From Dictyostelium discoideum (Eukaryota): DNA of 64,000 nucleotides. Made by a program: the position numbers and the translations under genes. Shown piece by piece: positions 55,657-64,000 of this stretch (positions are counted from its first letter, which is position 1; each line of letters opens with the position of its first letter). The notes under the pieces were generated by a model. That model worked only from the letters and a program-made list of their open reading frames with translations. It had not been told where the DNA came from and searched no databases. The stretch is taken from contig CM000152.2 of the NCBI GenBank assembly GCA_000004695.1, forward strand, positions 864,001 to 928,000, in the 5' to 3' direction.

Positions 55657-58533
55657 TCAGTTTGCATTTGCAAATTCTCTTGAAACGAGAATAGCTTCAT
55701 CGATTTTATCTAATTTAGAACCAACACCTTGAGCAACATCAACTTTACCACCACCTTTACCACCTAAAACTTCGGTAACCTTTACAACCCAAGCATTTGC
55801 AGTTAAAGTTTTTGAGATTTCAGAATCTTTTGGAACGATACCAATGCAAGTAACTTTACCTTTTTCTTCATCTGGACTAATTAACATGATTGCAGTCATT
55901 GGTGATTTAGTTTGAATTTTTTTAATGGTTTCAGTGATTAAAGGAGTATTTGAATTGAAGTTTACTAAATCTACGAAAACCTTTGGTTGAGATTTAGCCA
56001 ATTCTTCAGAGGTTTTCTCTAAATAGGTTTGAGCTTGTTGAGCCAAGATGGTTTCTTGTTCTTTGACTTGTTTTCTTTGGAGTGCTTGAACTTCCTTCAA
56101 AGTTTCAACCAAATTCATACGAACACTTGCTGAAATGGTGACAACCTTGAGAAGATCTAATAAGGAAACGATTTCCTTGGCAAGTTCTGAACCTGATAAT
56201 TTGAGGGCATTATTGAATCTGACTTCCAATTCTTTATTGAGTTCTATAGCAGAGGCAGCTTCAGAACCAGTGACAGCGACGATACGACGTACACCAGCAC
56301 CCAAAGTTTCTTCAGAGGTAATGGTGAAGAGTTCAGCTTGTTTAGTGTTTGACAAATGTGTACCACCACAAAATTCGATGGAATAGTTTGCCCATTCTGG
56401 ATTGGTTGGATTTTCAATCAATTGTTCAACTGGTACACCAACAGAGACAACTCTAACTGGATCTGGATAAACTTCACCGAAAACTGCACGAAGACCATTG
56501 ATCTTTTTAGCGGAAGCCAAACCGACCTCTTTGGCGTGAACATCGAGTTGTTTAAAGATTTGATCATTAACGATTTGGTCAATTTTAATGAGTTCATCCT
56601 TGGTGATTGCTCTACCAAATGAAAAATCGAATCTGAAACGTTGAGCGTCGACAAAGGAACCACGTTGATCGATACCATCACCTAAAATATTCTTGAGTGC
56701 GTAATTGACCATATGAGTTGATGTATGATTTGACATAATTGGTGAACGACGAGTATAGTCGACGGTGAGTTCAACACGATCACCAACTTTCAAAGAATCG
56801 CATTCATAGGAGAGGTAACCAATATGAAGTACATAACCACCAAATACTTTACAATCCTTGACGTCGAAAGCAGTCTTTTGATCATCGATGAAACTCAATT
56901 GACCAATATCATAGATTTGACCACCTTGTTCAGCGTAAAAGTTTGAATTCTCTAAAACTACACCAATTAAGGTACCCTTTGGAGCAGTGTCAACAAATTC
57001 CTTACCATTCCAAATGGCTTTGATAACTGATTGAATTTCATGTTGTTTATATTTGAATGAATCATCGGTTGGTTTGATATCGTTATTCTTTAACCATGCA
57101 TTTGCTTCAGCACCGAGTGTTAATTCGACCTTCTTTTCCTTTTGACGTTTACGATCGATTTCAGATTGAGCTTCACAGAGTCCTTCATAACCTTTGATAT
57201 CGACTTTGTAATTCTTTTCTTCGGCCATAATGGTGGTTAAATCGATTGGGAAACCATAACAAGTTGAAAGGAAATAAGCATTCTCGGCAGAGAGGGTATT
57301 ATTTACACTCTTTTTGATCATTTTTTCAAATTCAACAATACCTTTCTCCAAAGTTTTATTGAACATATCCTCCTCACGAGTGAGTACCATTTTGATGTGT
57401 TCTGGTTTCTTTCTGAGTTCTGGGAAGAATTCACCAAAGTTTGCAATGACAACATCAACCAATTTAGAGAAGAAACCAGCTGGTGCATTTAATTTTTGTT
57501 TACCATAACGGACGGCACGACGAAGGATTCTACGGAGGACTTGACCTCTACCATCGACGGATGGGGCGGCACCATCAGCAATTGAGAATGTGAGTGTACG
57601 AATGTGATCGGCAATGACACGATAGGCCATATCAACTTGTTGTGTATCTTCAGCACCGACTTTTCCACCGTATGGTTCTGGATAACCAGTTACCTCTTGA
57701 ATGGCGGCAAAGATTGGCATAAAAACATCGGTATCATAATTGGTTGGTACTTTTTGAATGATTGAAGTTAAACGTTCGAGACCCATACCAGTGTCGACGT
57801 GTTTTTGTGGTAATGGACGTAAGGATTTATCAGCCTCACGATTATATTGAATGAAAACCAAATTCCAAATTTCAATCAAAGTTGGGTCATCAGCATTGAC
57901 AAAGGAGGCACCATCACGACCTTCCACTTTGTCATAGTGGATCTCTGAACATGGACCACATGGACCTTGGTCACCCATCTCCCAAAAGTTCTCTTTCATA
58001 CCGAATGGGAGCACACGTTCCTCTGGTAAATATTGCAACCAAAGGTTCTTTGCTTCGAGATCTGCTTCCAATCCTTTCTCTGGGTCACCTCTAAAGTAAG
58101 TGACATATAAACGTTCTTTATCTAATTTGTATACCTCTGTCAATAATTCCCATGCCCAAGTGATTGCCTCCTTCTTAAAGTAATTGCCAAATGACCAATT
58201 ACCCAACATCTCAAAGAAGGTGTGATGATAAGTATCCTTACCTACATCATCCAAATCATTATGTTTACCACCTGCACGAATACATTTTTGACTATTGACT
58301 GCTCTCTTCAATTTTGCTTGTTCTGATTTTGGATTAACTTGTCCTAAAAAGATTGGTTTAAATTGATTCATACCTGCATTTGCAAATAATAAAGTTGGAT
58401 CATCATGTGGAATTACTGCTGATGATGGAACAAATGTATGTTCACATTTCTCTCTAAAAAAATCGATAAAAGTTTTTCTAATTTGATTAACATCCATTTT
58501 TTTTCTTCTTTTATATTTTCTCTCTCCTTCCAA
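55657..58533 (-). CDS. alaS: Alanyl-tRNA synthetase, cytoplasmic type (class II aaRS). It is 958 aa from the first ATG or 946 aa from the second (MDVNQIRKTF...). Single exon.
   Basis: An N-terminal catalytic core (FVPSSAVIPHDDPTLLFANAGMNQFKPIFLG; motif 2/3 region), the tRNA-recognition domain, the editing domain with HTSTHMVNYALKNILG (HxxxH) and ...CGGTH, and a C-terminal C-Ala/DHHA1-like domain. It is collinear with eukaryotic AlaRS throughout. Confidence 0.9.
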   Translation of the reverse strand: MEGERKYKRRKKMDVNQIRKTFIDFFREKCEHTFVPSSAVIPHDDPTLLFANAGMNQFKPIFLGQVNPKSEQAKLKRAVNSQKCIRAGGKHNDLDDVGKDTYHHTFFEMLGNWSFGNYFKKEAITWAWELLTEVYKLDKERLYVTYFRGDPEKGLEADLEAKNLWLQYLPEERVLPFGMKENFWEMGDQGPCGPCSEIHYDKVEGRDGASFVNADDPTLIEIWNLVFIQYNREADKSLRPLPQKHVDTGMGLERLTSIIQKVPTNYDTDVFMPIFAAIQEVTGYPEPYGGKVGAEDTQQVDMAYRVIADHIRTLTFSIADGAAPSVDGRGQVLRRILRRAVRYGKQKLNAPAGFFSKLVDVVIANFGEFFPELRKKPEHIKMVLTREEDMFNKTLEKGIVEFEKMIKKSVNNTLSAENAYFLSTCYGFPIDLTTIMAEEKNYKVDIKGYEGLCEAQSEIDRKRQKEKKVELTLGAEANAWLKNNDIKPTDDSFKYKQHEIQSVIKAIWNGKEFVDTAPKGTLIGVVLENSNFYAEQGGQIYDIGQLSFIDDQKTAFDVKDCKVFGGYVLHIGYLSYECDSLKVGDRVELTVDYTRRSPIMSNHTSTHMVNYALKNILGDGIDQRGSFVDAQRFRFDFSFGRAITKDELIKIDQIVNDQIFKQLDVHAKEVGLASAKKINGLRAVFGEVYPDPVRVVSVGVPVEQLIENPTNPEWANYSIEFCGGTHLSNTKQAELFTITSEETLGAGVRRIVAVTGSEAASAIELNKELEVRFNNALKLSGSELAKEIVSLLDLLKVVTISASVRMNLVETLKEVQALQRKQVKEQETILAQQAQTYLEKTSEELAKSQPKVFVDLVNFNSNTPLITETIKKIQTKSPMTAIMLISPDEEKGKVTCIGIVPKDSEISKTLTANAWVVKVTEVLGGKGGGKVDVAQGVGSKLDKIDEAILVSREFANAN

Positions 58534-59435
58534 AATATCTATATTTAAAAAAAAAAATAAATAAATAAATTAAAAAGAAAAAAAAAAATGAAAAAAAAAA
58601 TTTTTGTTTTGAAAAAAAAAAAAAAAAAATAAAAATAAAAAAAAAATTAAAAAAATTTTAAAGTTGTCGGTTTATAAAGAAATTAAGAAAAAAAAAAAAA
58701 TTAAAACTTAAAATTTATTTAATAAAATAAAAACAAAAAAGGTTACAAAATATTTTACTAAAGACCTATTCTTATCAAATTCCTAACTTATCAATTTTTT
58801 TTTTATTTTATTTTTATTTTATTTTTTTATTTTATTTTTATTTTTTTTTATTTTTTATTTTTTTAATTTTTTTTTAATTTTTTTTAATTTTTTTTTTGAT
58901 TTCTTTTTTTTTATTATTTTTGTGGTGAATTGGGGTGATATGTGTAAACCATTCACACCAATCGTTTTTTTTTTTTTTTTTTTTTTTTTTTTGGAATTAA
59001 TTTGGTAATTAAATTTTTATACAATTTTGGTATAGATTTTAAATCCTCACTTACTTTATTTTTTTCTTAAAATAACAAAAATTAAAAAAAAAAAAATAGA
59101 TAAAAAATTATTTTATTTTTATTTTTATTTTAAGAAATTTCTTTTTTTTTTTTTCTAACAAATCTGATTTTAACCAAAAATTTAATTGTTAGAATTTAAT
59201 TATTCATCATTAATTTTTATTTAATTCACTTATTTTTGATTAGATTTAAAAATAATAAAAAAATAAATGTTCATTAAATTATCTCATTTTTTTAATTAGA
59301 TTTAAATTAAAAAAATTGTTTTATTTTAATATGGGTTTTTTTTATTATTATTAAAAAAAGTAAATTATAAAAAAAAAAAAATAATAAAAAAAAAAAAAAT
59401 AAAGATTTTTATTTTAATCTTTAATGATTTTTATT

Positions 59436-59743
59436 TTAATCTTTAATTAAACATTCTTTTGGGCATTTGAAAGTATATTTAACACATTCACTTTTATCTC
59501 TTTGTTTTCCATTATCATCTGAACAACCATGATTTTTCAAACATTGTTTGATACAAGCTTTGTGATCACTTTCAATATCTGCCATACAAATTTGATTTGA
59601 TGACATTAAAGCTAAAAATGCGATAATTGCAACTAATAATAATTTATAATTCTAATAATTAAAAAATTAATAAAAATACTAATTCTTTTTTTCTTATCTT
59701 TGTTTAAAAAAAATAAAAAAATAAAAAAATAAATTCCTACCAT
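59436..59743 (-). CDS. Small secreted 8-Cys protein, about 72 aa. Structure is join(59436..59651, 59741..59743). The start codon alone forms exon 1: ATG|GTAGGA...TTATTAG|.
   Basis: The minus-strand frame NYKLLLVAIIAFLALMSSNQICMADIESDHKACIKQCLKNHGCSDDNGKQRDKSECVKYTFKCPKECLIKD* has a clear signal peptide but no in-frame ATG. An ATG sits 89 nt upstream, immediately followed by GTAGG, with an AG acceptor right before AATTATAAA. Coordinates are approximate to about 1 nt. Confidence 0.5.
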
Positions 59744-59829
59744 TATTTAAAATTTTTTCAATCTTATTTACTAAATTTAATTTTTATTCCTCTATTTATA
59801 CCTTTTTTTTTTCAAAAAAAAAAAAAAAA

Positions 59830-59863
<34 letters not shown>

Positions 59864-60370
59864 ATAATAATAATAATTATAAAAAAAAAAAAAAAGATTT
59901 AAATGATTAATAGACAATTATTTGAAAATAAAATTATAATAAATTATGATGTATTAAATAATTCATTGACAATCTAGAAAAATTTAAATTATTTTATATT
60001 ATTTACCACCAAAAAAAAAAATAAAAAAAAAATAAAAAAAATAAAAAAAAAATAATAAAATAATAATAACAAAAAAAAATAAAAAATTCAATGTTGTGGT
60101 GATTGAATTACCATGGTTTATGATACATTAGTATTTTTACTATTAATACCACACTATTATTCTTAAAACGATTATATTCCAACATTTTTTTTTTTATTCT
60201 TTCCAACCCAATTTCCAATTATCCCCGCCTTTTTTTTTTTTTTTCATATTTTTTTTTTTAATTTTTTTTTTTTTTTAATTTTTTTTTTTTGTCAGTTTTG
60301 GTTACCAAAAAAAAAAAAAAAAAAAAAAAAATCAAAAAAATAATTTATTAATAATAATAATTAATAAATA

Positions 60371-60425
60371 ATGGAAGATATTTCAACTATCAAAAAGCTA
60401 GAAGGATTATCAGTTCATTGCGAAG

Positions 60426-60456
<31 letters not shown>

Positions 60457-61018
60457 TAAGGAAAATATAAATAATGATGATAATAACATCAATCCAAATC
60501 GAAATGCAACATCATCACTTTTAAAAGGAAATATTCAACAAGTTAAAAAGAAAAAAGTATTTGCTAGATTACACTTATTTAATAGAGATGGCACTGTTAA
60601 ACAAATTGTTGAAATGAGAAAATATAAATTTATAATTGGATCGTATGTTTTTTTTTTTTTTTTTTTTTTCCTAAAAACTCTCTCTCTCTCATTTCATAAT
60701 ATATTAATATAATGAAAACACTGTAGTGATCAAAAATCAACGGATATTTTAATAACAAGACCAGGTGTTTATTCAAATCATGCAGAGATTATTTATGATA
60801 AAGAAGTTAGAAAATTTTATTTAAATCCATTAGTTGATCCAAGTATATCAGATACAATTAGAATTAATTTCATACCATTCATTAATAAAAAGGAAGTACT
60901 TGGTAATAATGATATAATTTCAATTGGTTTAAGAGCATTCAGAATTGAATTTTTTGCACCAGTTTATGTTGATAATTTAATTTTACCAAAGAATATTCAA
61001 CCACAACAACAACAACAA

Positions 61019-61050
<32 letters not shown>

Positions 61051-62602
61051 GGCACCAACCGCACAGAAAAAATTAAAACAAGAAGTTGAACATATTTTAA
61101 CAGCAGCAACAACAACACCAACAACAACAACAACAAAACCAAAAAAACTAAAAACTGCACCACCAACCACTGTAGCATCATCATCAACAATACCAAAAAC
61201 AACAACAACAAAAAAGCAAGCAATAGAACAACCATCAAAATCAAATTTGAAATCTAGCCAAAATAAGCTTTCAACAACCACAACAACAACAATAACTTCA
61301 AAACCACCATTAAATAAATCATCAATTGATGGTGATACTCGTTCAGAATCAAGTAAAGCATTACAAGGACTAAAACCTAAAGAACAAAAAAAAGATATAA
61401 TGAAAAGCTTAATCAGTTCCAAAAAAGCAAATACTCATGAAGAAAAAGAAGAAGGTGAAAGTGAAGAAGAAGAGGAGGAGGAAGAAGAAGAGGAAGAGGA
61501 AGAGGAAGAAGAAGAAGAAGAAGAACAATTAGAAGATAAACAGAAACAAACAAAAACTCCTATTTCACAAAATAAATCAGCATCATCAAATATTAAACCA
61601 TTATCAAAAACTTCTAAATCAAATCCACCACCACTATCAGCAGCAACAAAAAGCAATCCAGTTGTCAAGAAAATCACATCGACAACAGTAACGAGAACAA
61701 CTAAAAAAGCAGATACTGAAACAAAACAAGAAATTAAAATAACTAAATCATCCACTACCACCAAACAACAAACACAGGAAGAAATTGAACAAGAATTAAA
61801 ACTTGAATCAATTAGAAAAAGAATTGAACAATTTATAAATAAATTTGAAAAAGAAATTAATGATAATGATTTTAAAGATTTAGATGAGGGTAAAAGAAAA
61901 ATTAAGGAATCACTTGATTTCATATCAAAAACTAAATATGAGTTCCAAGGAACTACTTCAAATCCCGGTGATGTGGAATCCACTCCATTGGATAAATGGT
62001 TCAAGAATATTCCATATGAAGATTTTGTAGATTCTTTCAAACTTAAATATTATTCCATTATTACTGAACCAGTTTCAATAACATCAATATTAAATAAACT
62101 AAAGAGTGGTCCAAACTATCAATTGGCAGAGGTTTTAAAAGATTTTAAACAAATGTTAATAAATGTTACACTTTATCATAAAGAACCAAATGAATATTGG
62201 TGGATCTCTCATCAATGTAATATTCAATTCTATAAATCTTTATTAGAAACAGGTTTAATAACACAAGATCAATACCAAATTCAATATCAAACTTCAAATA
62301 ATGAAATAGTAAAGCTTGATAAAACTTTAAACTTAGTTCCAAAATTAGTTGTCGTTGAAAATAATGATGAAGATGATAATAATGATGATGAAGGAAGCAA
62401 AAAAGCAGTTCTTGTTGATGAAGATGAAGATGAATGTTTAAACAATCAAAATAATCCAACAACATATGATAGTGATGGTGATTTTGTAACCAAACAAAGT
62501 GATCAAGAAAGCGATGAAGAAAGCGATGAAGAAAGCGATGAAGAAAGCGATGAAGAGAGAGATCAACTTTCTGAAGAAGAAGATCAAGAAGCAACCAACT
62601 AA
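60371..62602 (+). CDS. FHA-domain plus bromodomain protein, about 715 aa. Structure is join(60371..60642, 60727..62602). It has poly-Q/T linkers, a poly-Glu stretch, and a C-terminal acidic (SDEE)n tail.
   Basis: Exon 1 ends ...FARLHLFNRDGTVKQIVEMRKYKFIIGS at a GTATGT donor (60643). Exon 2 after CACTGTAG| reads DQKSTDILITRPGVYSNHAEIIYDKEVRKFYLNPLVDPSISDTIRINFIPFINKKEVLGNNDIISIGLRAFRIEF (FHA). It stays open through the TTG-started 451-aa ORF, which contains a bromodomain-like PLDKWFKNIPYEDFVDSFKLKYYSIITEPVSITSILNKLKSGPNYQLAEVLKDFKQMLINVTLYHKEPNEYWWISHQCNIQFYKSL. Confidence 0.65.
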
Positions 62603-62624
62603 AAGATAAAATAAATAATTAAAG

Positions 62625-62656
<32 letters not shown>

Positions 62657-62877
62657 AAAACAAAATAAAATATGTTTGATATTAAAATTTATAATCCCCC
62701 TAAGATTTTAATTTAAAATTTAGATTTATTTTATAGTTTGTAATTTTATTTTTGTTTTGTATTTAAATAATTTTTTTTTTTTTTTTCCTTAAAATTTTGT
62801 TGTTGGTATTATAATGGTGTATTTCGATATTCTTTTTTTTTTTTTTTTTTTTTTGTTTTGCAAATGTATATTATTTT

Positions 62878-64000
62878 TTACTTATTTTCTTTTGGTTTTT
62901 CTTCATCTTTTGGAGCTTCATTTACTGAAGTTTCTTGTTGTTCGCTTGATGGCTGTTGTTCGCTTGATTGTTGTTGTTGTTGTTGATCATCTTGAGTTGT
63001 TGGTTGTTTTTCATTTTTATCATCTACTTTAGTATTTTCATCATCTTGTTCAGTATGAGTTGTAATTTCTTGTTGTTCTTTAGTTAATTCATTAATTTTT
63101 TCTTTTACCATTTCTTGACCTTGTTCAGTTGAAAGATCAGATGGTAAATCTTTGACTACTTCATTCAAAACATCTTGTGGAATATGTTCTAAAGTATCTT
63201 CTAGGGCTTCATTTGTGGTGACACCTGGTGAAAGGGTGAAAGCACGAGATAAAATTAAAATGGATGGTGGTAAAGATTTATTTAGGGAAAGATCTAACCA
63301 TTGATCCAATTGACCTTCAATGAATTTTCTATTGTAACCTTCGACTTTGAAACCACGAGTGATGGCAGCATCGACCAATTCCTCCAAAGTCAATGAGCTA
63401 AGACCCTCTTTCTTGATGAGGATATCGTCTTGTTTGATCTTATCCAATTTTTTATAGATTTGAGCTTTAAGATACTCGTTGGAATACCATTTGGAGATGA
63501 AATTGGAACCTGCTAAATATCTATGCATCATCAAGAGTTGTGAACGAGTGATCTTCTCCATGATGATATCATCCTTAAAGTATTGAGACATCTTTAAAAC
63601 CTCATCAGAGGTGACGGTTTGACCACTCTTTACTTTGGTCATGAAATTGAAAAAGTCTTCGGTTTTAGTGTCCTTCTTGGATTCGGAGCTAATCTCATGT
63701 AAGAGATCCTTTAATTGACCACGAACCTTTGAATTACTCTTGGATCTAACGGTGGCACCCTCTAATCTTTCATTCTCCCATGTGTAGGTTGATGGTAAGA
63801 GATTTGGGAATAATTTCAAAATGAATGGTAATGCCAACTCTAAAAATGGTACCAATACAATGATAACAAATGGTACCAATCTCATTACATCTGCAGAGGT
63901 TTGAACCAATAATCTTCTCTCTCTTCTTGTTAATGTATGACCTTTAATAACTCTTTTAATCAATGCAACTGCAATACTAATATTCTTTCCCAATAATTTA
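62878..64000 (-). CDS. letm1: LETM1-family mitochondrial inner-membrane protein (K+/H+, Ca2+/H+ exchanger component). This is the 3' portion only; the gene continues beyond the window end.
   Basis: TRRERRLLVQTSADVMRLVPFVIIVLVPFLELALPFILKLFPNLLPSTY matches the LETM1 TM/RBD core (cf. human [42 protein letters not shown]). A coiled-coil and an acidic C-terminus follow. The frame is open to position 64000. Confidence 0.8.
   Translation of the reverse strand, partial: KLLGKNISIAVALIKRVIKGHTLTRRERRLLVQTSADVMRLVPFVIIVLVPFLELALPFILKLFPNLLPSTYTWENERLEGATVRSKSNSKVRGQLKDLLHEISSESKKDTKTEDFFNFMTKVKSGQTVTSDEVLKMSQYFKDDIIMEKITRSQLLMMHRYLAGSNFISKWYSNEYLKAQIYKKLDKIKQDDILIKKEGLSSLTLEELVDAAITRGFKVEGYNRKFIEGQLDQWLDLSLNKSLPPSILILSRAFTLSPGVTTNEALEDTLEHIPQDVLNEVVKDLPSDLSTEQGQEMVKEKINELTKEQQEITTHTEQDDENTKVDDKNEKQPTTQDDQQQQQQSSEQQPSSEQQETSVNEAPKDEEKPKENK

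Noticed and set aside
56135-57508. ORFs 56135..56386(+), 56356..56622(+), 56418..56681(-, off-frame), 57314..57508(+) within alaS.
   Set aside because: They are antisense or off-frame relative to the AlaRS CDS and have no features.

Overview
The window looks like Dictyostelium discoideum (social amoeba) nuclear DNA. It is extremely AT-rich, with poly(A)/poly(T) intergenic spacers, short GT..AG introns with GTAAGT or GTATGT donors, and very long (AAT)n, (CAA)n and (TCA)n tracts encoding poly-Asn, poly-Gln and poly-Ser inside genes. There are no prokaryotic-type features (CRISPR, operons, rRNA) and no tRNA-like sequence.

I support about 28 protein-coding genes. Most needed manual splicing, because the six-frame ORF track breaks them at introns.
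- Recognisable genes: rps20, cytosolic alanyl-tRNA synthetase, a METTL10/EFM4-type methyltransferase, an SRSF7-like SR protein, a tandem-AAA ATPase, a PIG-O-type GPI ethanolamine-phosphate transferase, an LRR-containing MAPK phosphatase (MPL family), an NDR kinase, an FKBP-TPR protein, SDHAF4, and LETM1 (truncated at the window edge).
- Gene family: four paralogous small secreted CBM49-like proteins, arranged as two inversely oriented tandem pairs.
- Unusual architectures: an F-box plus ARF-like GTPase fusion lacking the catalytic Gln; a Ras-like GTPase with a Lys-to-Cys P-loop; a Cid1-family nucleotidyltransferase with a roughly 790-aa poly-N/Q N-terminus; an FHA plus bromodomain protein; and a 700-codon membrane-protein ORF split by one in-frame TAA.

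The strongest non-genic signal is the 3.8-kb gene-free interval at 51.85-55.65 kb. It holds two diverged copies of a roughly 0.85-kb unit, each carrying a conserved 58-59-aa ORF, plus a roughly 340-bp insertion bounded internally by perfect 31-bp inverted repeats. Several other perfect or near-perfect inverted repeats lie in promoter or intergenic DNA.

Splice coordinates were derived by hand and anchored to ORF-track frames; treat them as accurate to about 1 nt.
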